Shown here piece after piece: positions 1 through 9,515 of a DNA stretch of 32,000 bases. The stretch is from the NCBI RefSeq assembly GCF_000247565.1, contig NC_016893.1, positions 60,001 through 92,000 of the forward strand, read 5' to 3'. The stretch's first letter is position 1. Each line of letters opens with the position of its first letter. The notes under the pieces are model-generated. The model was not told the origin of the DNA and made no database searches. It was given only the letters and a program-made list of their open reading frames with translations. Made by a program: the position numbers and the translations under genes. The stretch is from Wigglesworthia glossinidia endosymbiont of Glossina morsitans morsitans (Yale colony). GTDB lineage: Bacteria > Pseudomonadota > Gammaproteobacteria > Enterobacterales > Enterobacteriaceae.

Positions 1-305
1 GGAAGTTTACTTTCTAATAGTTCTTTTACAGATTCGTTTTTCAATTTTAATGTTAATCCGATATATAACATACTTCCGTATTCGCCGTCTTCTGGTTGTA
101 AACTTACAGTAAATGCATCTAAAGGGAAGTATATTTGAGCAGAAGAACTTTCTACAGGAACATTTTCTGCAGCTTGAGATAAAAGAGGTATATCATTTTT
201 GTTTTTTATCCAAGGTTGAAAGTATATAACTCCTAAAATAATTGAAATGATTGCTCCAATAAGCATTGCAATAACTATTGGACGTTTAAAAAAATTAAAT
301 TTCAT
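1..305 (-). CDS. fliL: Flagellar basal-body-associated protein FliL. The N-terminal part lies here and the 3' end runs off the window.
   Basis: Hand translation of the reverse complement from the ATG at 305..303 gives MKFNFFKRPIVIAMLIGAIISIILGVIYFQPW...IYFPLDAFTVSLQPEDGEYGSMLYIGLTLKLKNESVKELLESKLP. It has a single N-terminal TM helix, and the 'F.LD.FTVNL....LYIG.TL.LK' block matches enterobacterial FliL. Its position downstream of fliK matches E. coli fliK-fliL. It is absent from the ORF track because no stop lies in the window. Confidence 0.85.
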   Translation of the reverse strand, partial: MKFNFFKRPIVIAMLIGAIISIILGVIYFQPWIKNKNDIPLLSQAAENVPVESSSAQIYFPLDAFTVSLQPEDGEYGSMLYIGLTLKLKNESVKELLESKL

Positions 306-368
306 AATTGCCACTTTTAATTTCCTGTATTTATTTAATACGATATTATATTTTGAATCATACTGAAA

Positions 369-1631
369 TTAAGCATACATATCTATTCTTGTATGATCTT
401 GATTAAAGATATACTGTATTTTATTTTTATAGATATTATCGTTTTCAATTTTATTCAAATTTAGCTGTTCTTTTTTATTTTTTTTTCTATCTTTATTAAA
501 TTCATTATTTTTTTCATTTAATCTATATTGATTTTGATTTTCTATGTTATTAAAAATGTTATCTGACTTGTAATGTAAAAAATCTTTTATAAAATGATTA
601 CTAATCATTGCACTATCTAATAATATACCGTTATCTAATAAAGATTTACGTAATTCTTCTAAAGAACTTTTTAAAACCCCTCTTACTTCTGAATGTTCAG
701 AAAATACATGTAATTTTAATTTACTTTTGTAAGATTTTAAAATAACGTTAATAGATCCCAGATTTTTCGGATGTATTTTAAATTCTAAGTGAAATACGCC
801 ATCTTTTTTAAAAAATGCAATTTTTTCTTTTACTAAATTCATCCAAGATTTTAAATCATCAAAATTTTTTATATATAATGTTTGAACAAAATTTTTCGAT
901 TCTGTAATGGAAGAAAATTCATTGGTATTCATATAATAAATATCTTGTAAATCAGATAAATTGTTAAATTTTTGATTTATATTTTTCTGTCGATTATCCT
1001 GATTAAAGTTTTCAAAAATCAATTCCAAATTTTTTTTAATTTCTATATTTTGATATGATTTTTCTATATTTTCATTTTTTAAATTAGAAATACATTTCTC
1101 AAATATGTTTTTATTTACTAAAAAAATTTTTTTGTTCTGTTTTAATTGAATATAATCATTTTGATCAATAGATAAAAAACAGCTTTTTGGTGATTGGTTT
1201 GCTGAGTTCAAATGATCTAAATCAAAATCTTTCGAAAAAATCAAATTTTGATTATTGTTGAAAATATAATTTTCTGAAAAATAATTTTCTAATATATCTT
1301 TTTTTATTTTTTTATTAAAATTTTTGTTTAACGTATTATCAATTTTAGAATTAAACAAGTTTTGAATGTCATTTTTAGACATACTAAAATTATATAATGT
1401 ATTATTTTCCTCGTTAAAATTTGATTTCTCAGTTTTTAAAATTTCTGAATCATTAAAATATTTTTGAACATTTTTTTCATCAAAAATTGAAGTATTAAAT
1501 TGATTAAAAAATGATTTTTCAAAAATATTTTTTAATATCTTTTTGAATTCTAATTTGTCTGTTATTTCTGGAATAACATTAATTACGTCTTGTATATTAT
1601 GTAGAATATTATCTTCATTCAAACATATCAA
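369..1631 (-). CDS. fliK: Flagellar hook-length control protein FliK
   Basis: It sits between fliJ and fliL. The C-terminal ~90 aa (HLEFKIHPKNLGSINVILKSYKSKLKLHVFSEHSEVRGVLKSSLEELRKSLLDNGILL) matches the FliK C-terminal (Flg_hook) switch domain. The N-terminal ~300 aa is N/K-rich and low in conservation, as expected for the ruler region. The start at 1631 is TTG, with AAAGGAG (1647..1641) 9 nt upstream. Confidence 0.8.
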   Translation of the reverse strand: MICLNEDNILHNIQDVINVIPEITDKLEFKKILKNIFEKSFFNQFNTSIFDEKNVQKYFNDSEILKTEKSNFNEENNTLYNFSMSKNDIQNLFNSKIDNTLNKNFNKKIKKDILENYFSENYIFNNNQNLIFSKDFDLDHLNSANQSPKSCFLSIDQNDYIQLKQNKKIFLVNKNIFEKCISNLKNENIEKSYQNIEIKKNLELIFENFNQDNRQKNINQKFNNLSDLQDIYYMNTNEFSSITESKNFVQTLYIKNFDDLKSWMNLVKEKIAFFKKDGVFHLEFKIHPKNLGSINVILKSYKSKLKLHVFSEHSEVRGVLKSSLEELRKSLLDNGILLDSAMISNHFIKDFLHYKSDNIFNNIENQNQYRLNEKNNEFNKDRKKNKKEQLNLNKIENDNIYKNKIQYIFNQDHTRIDMYA

Positions 1632-1751
1632 AATATTATACTCCTTTGGTATATTTTCTTAAATATAATTCGTCTATTTGCTTTTGTAAATTTTTATCTT
1701 GGAGAACTTTATGTGTTAAAATGCAACGTTTTTTTAAAATTGTGAACGCGT

Positions 1752-2087
1752 TTAGTTTATTTTTTTTTTTTTCCAATAATTTTTTGCTTTATTAAGTTGT
1801 AATTTATAATTATTTACTTCTTTATTATAATCAAAAATTAAATTATTTAAACATATAAGAAAAACTTGATAATTATGCCAAACATTTATTTCCAAACCGT
1901 ACTTTATCATATTTTCTTGTAAACTAAGTCGATATTCTTTTTCATATAAAATAAGCATATTTAATTTTTTAACTGATTCTTGATATAAATTGCAAGCTTG
2001 CATTAGTTGTACTGATGCTTGTTGAAAAGAGATTTTTGCATGTATTTTTAATATTTTAAAATTAAATTTTATATTCATGATGTTCAA
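1752..2087 (-). CDS. fliJ: Flagellar export chaperone/stalk protein FliJ. As sequenced the frame is truncated; the intact frame continues to 1636 after a +1 shift in a poly(A) tract.
   Basis: It sits between fliI and fliK. 'LNMLILYEKEYR' aligns with E. coli FliJ 'LKMLIDYQNEYR' at identical residue numbers (39-50) when the ATG at 2078 is used instead of the TTG at 2087. The sequenced frame stops at 1752 after 108 aa counted from 2078. See the fliJ finding for the 3' extension. Confidence 0.85.
   Translation of the reverse strand: MNIMNIKFNFKILKIHAKISFQQASVQLMQACNLYQESVKKLNMLILYEKEYRLSLQENMIKYGLEINVWHNYQVFLICLNNLIFDYNKEVNNYKLQLNKAKNYWKKKKIN
1760..1772 (-). repeat. A13 homopolymer (T13 on the plus strand) inside fliJ. 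This is the frameshift or candidate transcriptional-slippage site.
   Basis: Counted directly: positions 1760-1772 are all T on the plus strand, flanked by a1759 and c1773. The tract encodes W-KKKK, followed by a premature stop 2 codons later. Confidence 0.9.
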
Positions 2088-2100
2088 GTATATTCGTGTT

Positions 2101-3462
2101 TTAAGAAAATAATTTTTTTAATTGTTGATAAGATTCTTCATAAGAACATTTATCTTCTATATTTTGTTTTAAATATTGCATTAATTTAGGATAATTTTTT
2201 ATTGCTTCATCTAATATCGGATCATTACCAGAAGCATATGCACCTACTGATAATAGATCTTTATTTTTTTGATAACTCGATATCCATTGTTTAATTTGTT
2301 GTATATGAAAAAAATGTGATTTTTTTACTAAATTTGGCATAGCTCTACTAATAGAAGTTTCAATTTCTATAGATGGATAATGTCCAGACTCTGATAGTTG
2401 TCTAGATAGTATGATATGTCCATCTAAAATTGCTCGCGCAGCGTCCGCAATAGGATCTTGTTGATCATCGCCTTCTATTAAAACAGTATAAAAAGCTGTA
2501 ATAGAGCCGTGATTTTGTGTACCATTCCCAGTTTTTTCTACTAATTCGGACAATTTTGAAAAAACAGAAGGAGGGTATCCTTTAGTTGTAGGCGGTTCTC
2601 CGATAGCTAAACCTATTTCTCTTTGTGCCATTGCATAGCGAGTTAAAGAGTCCATAATTAATAAAACATGTTTGCCTTGATCTCTAAAATCTTCTGCAAT
2701 TCGAGTAGCATATACTGCACCTTGTATTCTTAACATCGGCGCAATATCAGCTGGAGCTGCAATTACTACAGATCTAGAAATTCCGTCTTTTTGTAAAATA
2801 TTTTCAATAAAATCTTTAACTTCACGGCCTCTTTCTCCAATTAATGCAACTACTATAATATCTGCTTCGGTATATCTAGCCATCATGCCAAGTAACATGC
2901 TTTTTCCTACACCAGATCCAGCAAATAATCCCATTCTTTGGCCTCTTCCTACAGTTATCAATCCATTAATAGCTCTAACTCCGACATCTAAAATTTTTGT
3001 AATTGGATCACGTAATAAAGGATTAATGGGATTAGTATACAAAGATTCTTTTCTTAATACTTTTGGTACTGGCATACGATCTAAGAATTGTCCAGAACTA
3101 TTTAACACTCTACCTAATAGTTCTGTACCTAATGGCAGTAATCTTGTAGAAATTTTTCCATTAATTAATTCTGGAGAATATACTTTAGCTCCCGGAAAGA
3201 TTCCATCTACATTTTCTAAAGGAATTACAAACAAGTTTTTTTCTTTAAATCCTACTACTTCGCATTCTACTTGGATGACGGATTTTTCAACATACTTTTC
3301 AATAATGCACGTTGATCCGATAGGAAGCTGCAAACCAGTTACTTCCATAATAATACCGGTTGCACGAACTAATTTGCCATATTGATAGTAATCAGGTAAA
3401 TTAGAAATCAAACTTTCTTGATTGCTAATTTTATCAATCCATTTTTTTAATTGTAGTGTCAT
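2101..3462 (-). CDS. fliI: Flagellum-specific type III export ATPase FliI
   Basis: 453 aa with Walker A GSGVGKS and Walker B LLIMDS, and F1/T3SS-ATPase-like sequence throughout. The ATGA overlap with the fliH stop (3459-3462) follows the usual fliH-fliI coupling. Confidence 0.97.
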   Translation of the reverse strand: MTLQLKKWIDKISNQESLISNLPDYYQYGKLVRATGIIMEVTGLQLPIGSTCIIEKYVEKSVIQVECEVVGFKEKNLFVIPLENVDGIFPGAKVYSPELINGKISTRLLPLGTELLGRVLNSSGQFLDRMPVPKVLRKESLYTNPINPLLRDPITKILDVGVRAINGLITVGRGQRMGLFAGSGVGKSMLLGMMARYTEADIIVVALIGERGREVKDFIENILQKDGISRSVVIAAPADIAPMLRIQGAVYATRIAEDFRDQGKHVLLIMDSLTRYAMAQREIGLAIGEPPTTKGYPPSVFSKLSELVEKTGNGTQNHGSITAFYTVLIEGDDQQDPIADAARAILDGHIILSRQLSESGHYPSIEIETSISRAMPNLVKKSHFFHIQQIKQWISSYQKNKDLLSVGAYASGNDPILDEAIKNYPKLMQYLKQNIEDKCSYEESYQQLKKLFS

Positions 3463-4142
3463 TGAATATTATCTTTTTTTAGTATTTGACAAATATGATT
3501 CCATTTTGATTCCAATGTTGCATCAATTTCTCCATCTTCAGTAAGAATGCGGAATCCGCCGCGTAACAATTGACCGTCTCCTAAAAGACGCCATCCTTGA
3601 TTTTTAAAAGTTTCTCCAAAATACTCTTTTAATACATTTAAATCATCCGGATGAACATATAATCGTAAATCGTCTCCTAAAAAATTTTTTTCATGTAACA
3701 ATTTTCGAATTTCTTTTAAAAGTACTTTAGTATCACATATAGGTGATTTTTTTATTATTTTTTCTGATATTTGTAATGCAATTTGTATTATACGTGATGG
3801 TATTATAGCTTCTAGTCCTGATATACTAGATTTTAATTCTTTAATTAATTGTTCTATTTGAAATATTTTTTCTTTTTTTTTGATATTAAATTGATCTAAT
3901 CCTTGTTTTAAACCTTCTTTTAATCCTTGAAGATATCCGGATTCTTTGCCTGATTTATATCCGGATTCGAACCCTTTTTTTTGTGCAGTAGTAATTTTTT
4001 TTTTTGTTAGTTCTTCGACGTTTTCCTTGTTATGTAATATATTTTTTGAATTTTTTTCTTTATCTTGAGAACTGGAGAAATCTCTTACTAGCCACGTGGT
4101 CCAATCAGATTTTTTATAATTTTCAGACATAACTTTCTCCAT
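3459..4142 (-). CDS. fliH: Flagellar assembly protein FliH, regulator of the FliI ATPase
   Basis: 227 aa, placed between fliG and fliI. The C-terminal '[13 protein letters not shown]...[28 protein letters not shown]' matches E. coli FliH 'LRVHPDDLQRV...GWRLRGD..LHPGGCKV..DEGDLDASVATRW'. The more likely start is the second ATG at 4130 ([13 protein letters not shown]), which has GGAG (4139..4136) 5 nt upstream. The ORF-track start is 4142. Confidence 0.9.
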   Translation of the reverse strand: MEKVMSENYKKSDWTTWLVRDFSSSQDKEKNSKNILHNKENVEELTKKKITTAQKKGFESGYKSGKESGYLQGLKEGLKQGLDQFNIKKKEKIFQIEQLIKELKSSISGLEAIIPSRIIQIALQISEKIIKKSPICDTKVLLKEIRKLLHEKNFLGDDLRLYVHPDDLNVLKEYFGETFKNQGWRLLGDGQLLRGGFRILTEDGEIDATLESKWNHICQILKKDNIQ

Positions 4143-5109
4143 CTTGGTTCAATGTTATTTCATCTGCATCTGATAAACGTCTAACTATATCTAATATTTT
4201 TTTTCTTTCAATTTCTACTTTAGATAATTTAATTGGTTTACTCAAGTTCAAATCTTCTCTTAAAATTTCTGCTTGACGTTTAGACATATTATTCAGTACT
4301 TTTTCTACTAATTCTGTTTTGCAACCTTTTAAAGCAACAATAAGAGAATCGTTTTCTACTTCTCTTAATACACGCTGTAAGCTTTGATCATCTAAATTTT
4401 GTAAATCATCAAAAATAAACATTTTTTTAATTATTTTTTCTGTAAGTTTTTGATCTATTTCTTTCATGAGTTGGATTGTTTTATCTTGATCAGATTGCAT
4501 GTAATTTAAAATTTCTGCTGCAGGCTTAATGCCTCCTTGAGCATTAGAATATGATTTATAACTTTGAATTAAATCATTTAAAATAAGAGTGAGTTCTTTG
4601 ATTGCAAAAGACGTTAACTTAGATAAATTTGCAATTTTTATTAAAATATCTCGACGTAAATCATCATCAAATTTTGATAAAATATCAGCTGCTATATTTC
4701 TTTTTAATAGAGATAATGTCACTGTAATTATTTGAGGATGTTCATCTTTAATAAAAGAAAAAATTGTTTCTGAATTCATAGTGTTTAAAGTATCAATTCC
4801 TTTACAAAGCTGATCATTTTTAACATTAAATTCTTCTAACAATAAAAGCGCTTGTTCTTCTCCTAAAGCACTACTTAATGTTGTTTTTAAATAATCATAA
4901 CATTCTTTTTCTGGACTGATTAATGTACGAGCATCATTATGAAATTCATCTAAAACAGATTTTAAATCTGATCTAGAATAAATACCTAAATTTGCCATAT
5001 TTTTACTAATTACTTCTATTTCTTGGCGATTTAAATATTTAAATACCGATGATGCTCTTTTTTCTCCGAGAGTTAACATAATAATTGCGCTATTTTTATT
5101 TAAATTCAT
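4123..5109 (-). CDS. fliG: Flagellar motor switch / rotor protein FliG
   Basis: 328 aa, collinear with E. coli FliG (331 aa). Matching blocks include 'EHPQIITVTL', 'MFIFDDL' and 'NMSKRQAEILREDL'. Its start overlaps the fliF stop by 14 nt. Confidence 0.96.
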   Translation of the reverse strand: MNLNKNSAIIMLTLGEKRASSVFKYLNRQEIEVISKNMANLGIYSRSDLKSVLDEFHNDARTLISPEKECYDYLKTTLSSALGEEQALLLLEEFNVKNDQLCKGIDTLNTMNSETIFSFIKDEHPQIITVTLSLLKRNIAADILSKFDDDLRRDILIKIANLSKLTSFAIKELTLILNDLIQSYKSYSNAQGGIKPAAEILNYMQSDQDKTIQLMKEIDQKLTEKIIKKMFIFDDLQNLDDQSLQRVLREVENDSLIVALKGCKTELVEKVLNNMSKRQAEILREDLNLSKPIKLSKVEIERKKILDIVRRLSDADEITLNQDGESYV

Positions 5110-6790
5110 AGTTTTTGTGTTCTTTTTTAATCCATTGACTTAAAATTTTTGCTACTAATTTTGGTTGTTTTTCAGCAATTTCTTTTAGTTCTTTAATATT
5201 ATTTTCTATTAAATTATTATTATTTTCTATATTTTTTTGATTTTTTATTTGCATTTTTTCTTCTTCTGAAGGGATATTATCTTTTTGTTGCAAATTTATT
5301 TTTTTCATCATATTTTGTTGATTTTCTTGTTGCTGTTTCCACATTTTCATAAATTTATTCCAAGCAAACCAGATTGCAATAAAAGATATTATATACTTAA
5401 AAATACTGAAAATAATATTTTGTAAACGCGGATTTTCCCAAAAATAAAGACGTGATAATTCGTTTTGATTATCGACGAAATTCATATTTACAATATTTAC
5501 TGTATCTCCTCTATTTTCTGAATACCCCATGGCTTCTCGTACTAAAGCGTATATATCTTGCATCTCTTGTGCATTTAACTTTATTTGATTACCATCAAGG
5601 TTAGTTCGATTATTTATCAACACAGCAACAGATAACTTTTTTAAAGTTCCAGAAGAAAATTGATTATGAGTAATTTTACGATCTATTTCGTAATTAATTG
5701 TTTTTTCATTTTGAATACTACTTGATCTTTCAGAATTGTTAGATGAATTTTCAGAAAGTGATTTTGAGTCAGTTTTATTATTTTCATATTCAGAATCTTC
5801 GATCATAGCAGATGATGGTTGTGATGGTTGGTTGCTTAATGCTCCTGGGATTCCTTCTGGAATGTTTCCAAAATTTTTATTTTCTGTAATTTGTTGACTT
5901 CGAATAGTCATGTCTTTAGGATCAGTATTTGGTTTATGCTGTTCTAAAGTTTGTTCGATTTTAGTAAAATCTATTTGAGCAGTGACTTCTGCGCGGATGT
6001 TATTGATTCCTACTATTGGAGTCAAAATAGCTTCAATTCTTCTGCGATATTCTGATTCAATTTCTCGAATATATTGTAATTGTACTACGTTACTGCTGAT
6101 TTCTTTATTTTCCGGTCGAGTAAGTAACTTTCCGTGATTATCAACTAAAATAATATTATTTGCTGGTAAATTAGGAACAGTACCTGAAACTAACCATGTG
6201 ATTGCTTGAATTTGATTATCATCGAGCATTCTTCCTGGATATAATGTAAGCGTAATGGAAGCTTTTGCTGATTGTTTATCTTTTACAAAAACAGAATTTT
6301 TTGGAATAGCTATATGAACACGTGCATATTGAATAGAATTAATTGTTTCTATTGTGCGTGCAATTTCTCCTTCTAATGCTCTTTGATAATTAATTTGTTC
6401 ATTAAATTGGCTCATTCCAAATTTAGAATCATCTAAAATTTCAAATCCTACTGAACCTCTTTTCGGCAAATTTTTTTGAGCAAGCATTAACCTAGTTTTA
6501 TATACTTGGTCTGCAGGAATCATAATAGCTCCGTTTCCATATGAAAATTTGTATGGAATATTTGCGGAAGATAATTCTGCTATAATTTCTCCTCCATCTT
6601 GATCGCTAATATTACTATATAATACTTGATAATCTGGAGATTGTATCCATATGACTAGTGCTGCGATTAAAGTAATTCCGAAAATTCCAGAAATTAAAAG
6701 AAAGTATTTTGGATTATTAAAAATTTTTTTAAAAAAATCAGTGAAATATTCAGTCGATTTGTTTTTTATATCTGTAGCCAAAACATTCAT
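5096..6790 (-). CDS. fliF: Flagellar MS-ring protein FliF
   Basis: 564 aa. It has an N-terminal TM segment (FLLISGIFGITLIAALVIWI) and conserved 'QYARVHIAIPK.SVFV', 'NNIILVDNHGKLL' and 'KLSVAVLIN' blocks, plus a C-terminal TM segment. It is divergent from fliE, as in E. coli. Confidence 0.95.
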   Translation of the reverse strand: MNVLATDIKNKSTEYFTDFFKKIFNNPKYFLLISGIFGITLIAALVIWIQSPDYQVLYSNISDQDGGEIIAELSSANIPYKFSYGNGAIMIPADQVYKTRLMLAQKNLPKRGSVGFEILDDSKFGMSQFNEQINYQRALEGEIARTIETINSIQYARVHIAIPKNSVFVKDKQSAKASITLTLYPGRMLDDNQIQAITWLVSGTVPNLPANNIILVDNHGKLLTRPENKEISSNVVQLQYIREIESEYRRRIEAILTPIVGINNIRAEVTAQIDFTKIEQTLEQHKPNTDPKDMTIRSQQITENKNFGNIPEGIPGALSNQPSQPSSAMIEDSEYENNKTDSKSLSENSSNNSERSSSIQNEKTINYEIDRKITHNQFSSGTLKKLSVAVLINNRTNLDGNQIKLNAQEMQDIYALVREAMGYSENRGDTVNIVNMNFVDNQNELSRLYFWENPRLQNIIFSIFKYIISFIAIWFAWNKFMKMWKQQQENQQNMMKKINLQQKDNIPSEEEKMQIKNQKNIENNNNLIENNIKELKEIAEKQPKLVAKILSQWIKKEHKNYEFK

Positions 6791-7057
6791 TTAATTTCCC
6801 TAAAATGCAATTTATTTAATTCAATATTTTTTTTCTAAAATTTATTGTAATTTAAATTTTGTGTTATTTTTGCTTAATAATTAACAGTTTCACATATAAA
6901 AAATCTATTGATAGGAAAATAAAGCAGTTCTTTCAACCTTAATTTTTTGGATTTGAATATTATTATTTAAGTTATTATTAAACACTAAAGCAACATATAT
7001 TTAAAATTTTATTGAAATATAAAATAACTAAATTTTAATGAAAAGGTAATTATTTAG

Positions 7058-7378
7058 ATGAAAATAGATTTTGATGAAAATCCAATAATAAACAAAATGA
7101 ACGCAATAAAATTTGATTTGAATCCAAAGATAAATATAAGCAAAATTTCTCAGGATTCAGAATTCCTAAACATTTTCAGAGAAAGTATAAAAAAAATTAA
7201 TACTTTAGAAGTACAATCGGAAGATATATCAAAAAAATTTGAACTAGGATATCAAAATGTTGGCATTAATGACGTTATGCTTGAAATGCAAAAAGCCGCA
7301 ATAGCTTTAAATTTTGGAATTCAAGTCACTAACAAATTAGTCGGAGCTTATCAGGAAATTATGAACATGAACATATAA
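7058..7378 (+). CDS. fliE: Flagellar hook-basal body complex protein FliE
   Basis: 106 aa, divergent from fliF. The C-terminal 'DVMLEMQKAAIALNFGIQVTNKLVGAYQEIMNM' is the conserved FliE C-terminus. Confidence 0.9.
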   Translation: MKIDFDENPIINKMNAIKFDLNPKINISKISQDSEFLNIFRESIKKINTLEVQSEDISKKFELGYQNVGINDVMLEMQKAAIALNFGIQVTNKLVGAYQEIMNMNI

Positions 7379-7430
7379 ACTATATTTTAATTGTGAGTAA
7401 AATTTTTAATTTTTTTAAAACACTAATTTT

Positions 7431-7823
7431 TTATTTAATTAACTTCCAAGCAGAAGATACTTTTCTCAATAAATCGTTTACATGCTTTATTTTTTTAACA
7501 TCATTATTTAAATTTGCCTCTAGTAAGACACGAATACAATATATATATAAAGACTTTAAGTTTTGAGCAAGCATAAAATTTTCGTCATTATGCAGCGCAG
7601 GTATAAGAACAGATTCGATCATAGAAATAGAATATGATATCGATTCTCCCTTCATAGAAATTTGATTGTTTTTTATTAAAAAAATTGATTTTCTAAGTTC
7701 CGAATGTAATATATCGAAAACAATATCAATTAGCTCTTTAGGATTAGCGTTTAGGATCTTGTCCTTTAAAGAAAAAAGATTCGATTTTTTATACATATTA
7801 ATAGCATGTTTGTTTTGATACAT
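7431..7823 (-). CDS. fliS: Flagellin-specific export chaperone FliS
   Basis: 130 aa, immediately downstream of fliD with a 28-nt gap. Size and four-helix-bundle-like sequence fit FliS (YKKS...ELIDIVFD...KGESISYSISMIESVL). GGAG lies upstream of the ATG. Confidence 0.85.
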   Translation of the reverse strand: MYQNKHAINMYKKSNLFSLKDKILNANPKELIDIVFDILHSELRKSIFLIKNNQISMKGESISYSISMIESVLIPALHNDENFMLAQNLKSLYIYCIRVLLEANLNNDVKKIKHVNDLLRKVSSAWKLIK

Positions 7824-7851
7824 ATCATACTCCGTTCAGATATCAAATACT

Positions 7852-9357
7852 TTACGTTTTATGAGAAGACAAAATTATATCGATTTGTTTACTAATAGCA
7901 TCAGTTTTAGTTAAAAATACATCTAATTTTTGAAATTGTAATTGGTATAAATTAATTCTATTACGAATCATAGTTTCAGTACGATTGATATTTTTAATTA
8001 CTGCTTTATTTTTCAATTTTAAATCTTGAAGTTCAGATTCGATAATTCCTGATTTGTTTAACTTTGTATTGTTAATATATTCTTGAATTAATTGAGATAT
8101 ATTTGAAATAAATCCTATTTGATTTTTTTTCCCAAGAAAAAAATCTTGCATATTTAACCAGTTCTTTTCAGTATTAGAATTTAATTTTTCTTGATTTAAA
8201 ATTAATTTTCCAGATTTCTGATCTATTGCTATTCCTACATCTATCAATGATGTAATATTAGTTTGTTTATAGTCACAATAATTTATTCTTGTACATTGTC
8301 TTAATTTGGAAATTAAATTTGTTAACAAGCTATTTCCAAACAAAATAGAACTTTGCGTCATATGATCTTTAGATTGCTTATTTAGATAAGAATTATGACT
8401 GTTTTCAAGTTTCAACTTCCTAAATTCTGATGTTTGATCTATAAATGTATTAAAGCAGGTAACAAATTCTTTTATATTTTTCAATACAAAATTTTTATCT
8501 TTAAAAAATCTTACAGTTTCTTTTTCGAAAAATTTTTTGGATTCATCTTTTTTTGATGTTTTAATTAAATTGAATGTAACATTTTTTAGAGCATCTGTAA
8601 TAATATTGCTTTCGCGATAGTATTTAATTCCATCTACTTCTAGAATAGAACATTGTGCTTTTTGATTCTCTCGCATTTGTGTATAAGTTGTTTCGTTTTG
8701 ATTTTTTTCTAGATTTTCTACATTTTTGTTAGGAAAACGTAAAATTTGATCTAGTTTATCATCTCCGTCAACATTAATTGCAAGTTGTCCATTTGTACCT
8801 AATATATCTGAACTTATTAACAAACAGTTTTCGTTAAAGTTAATTTTTTTAATTTCAGAATGAATATTTAAGTTGGATTTATTTATTGCTTTGGATATAT
8901 TTTCTAAAGTTGTATTATTTCGATTAAGTTTTATCCGAACTTTTTTATTAGTTTGATTTTGTTTGTTTCCCTGAACGATATTTAAATAACGTATATTTTC
9001 TGAATTTCCTAAGATCGTGTTTTTCTTTTGTTTTAAAAATAAGGATAATGTGTGATTTTTTGCTAGTTGCACGACACTTACTTCATGTGAGCTTTCGGAT
9101 TGACCGCCAGATGTAGAAAAACATTCATTTTTACTGCTTTGAAAGGAAGAAAAAGATCTTGAATTAATAGTAGAAGATTTCTGCAGAATATTTTGTAATG
9201 AATAACAAATTTTTCCCCATGCACTTATTTTATTTTTTATTATTTCTTTCTCATTTTGTAAAGGTTTTAATTTCAAGTTTTCAATTTCTATTAACCTTTG
9301 CATAAGTTCAGACGTAGCACCTTTAGATCCAATACCTAACATGGATATGTTTGTCAT
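7852..9357 (-). CDS. fliD: Flagellar filament capping protein FliD (HAP2)
   Basis: 501 aa, divergent from fliC and followed by fliS, matching the E. coli fliC<>fliDS layout. The N-terminal 'LGIGSKG...L..L...E...L' and the C-terminal coiled-coil region (RINLYQLQFQKLDVFLTK) are FliD-like. The middle is N/K-rich. Confidence 0.88.
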   Translation of the reverse strand: MTNISMLGIGSKGATSELMQRLIEIENLKLKPLQNEKEIIKNKISAWGKICYSLQNILQKSSTINSRSFSSFQSSKNECFSTSGGQSESSHEVSVVQLAKNHTLSLFLKQKKNTILGNSENIRYLNIVQGNKQNQTNKKVRIKLNRNNTTLENISKAINKSNLNIHSEIKKINFNENCLLISSDILGTNGQLAINVDGDDKLDQILRFPNKNVENLEKNQNETTYTQMRENQKAQCSILEVDGIKYYRESNIITDALKNVTFNLIKTSKKDESKKFFEKETVRFFKDKNFVLKNIKEFVTCFNTFIDQTSEFRKLKLENSHNSYLNKQSKDHMTQSSILFGNSLLTNLISKLRQCTRINYCDYKQTNITSLIDVGIAIDQKSGKLILNQEKLNSNTEKNWLNMQDFFLGKKNQIGFISNISQLIQEYINNTKLNKSGIIESELQDLKLKNKAVIKNINRTETMIRNRINLYQLQFQKLDVFLTKTDAISKQIDIILSSHKT

Positions 9358-9393
9358 TTAAATCCTCTGATATTTTTTCTTTTTAAAAGAAAT

Positions 9394-9420
9394 ATATCGG
9401 TGAATTTTAAAAAAAGTTTA
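9394..9420 (-). promoter_or_regulatory. Sigma-28 (FliA) class-3 promoter for fliD-fliS
   Basis: The minus strand reads TAAACTTT (9420..9413), then an 11-nt spacer, then ACCGATAT (9401..9394). The consensus is TAAAGTTT-N11-GCCGATAA. The -10 element ends 36 nt before the fliD ATG, with GAGGA (9368..9364) in between. Confidence 0.75.
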
Positions 9421-9515
9421 TTTTGACATATAAATATAAAAGCTCTAGGCATATAAAAAAATGCGAAAATCTCATTAGTAACACAAAATTTAAACTTGTA
9501 AATTACTATATTTTT

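Noticed and set aside
2885-3385. 166-aa ORF on the plus strand inside fliI
   Set aside because: It is entirely antisense to the highly conserved fliI. Its product ([22 protein letters not shown]...) is Pro/Ser/Thr-rich mirror-frame sequence with no recognisable motif. fliI is locally less AT-rich, so antisense frames lack stops by chance.
6791-7057. Search for FlhDC boxes or sigma-28 motifs in the divergent fliF-fliE control region
   Set aside because: There is no GCCGATA-type -10 element. The best FlhD4C2-like fragment (...GATAGGAAAATAAAGC...) matches only the AAATA core of one half-site. That is not enough to call a site.
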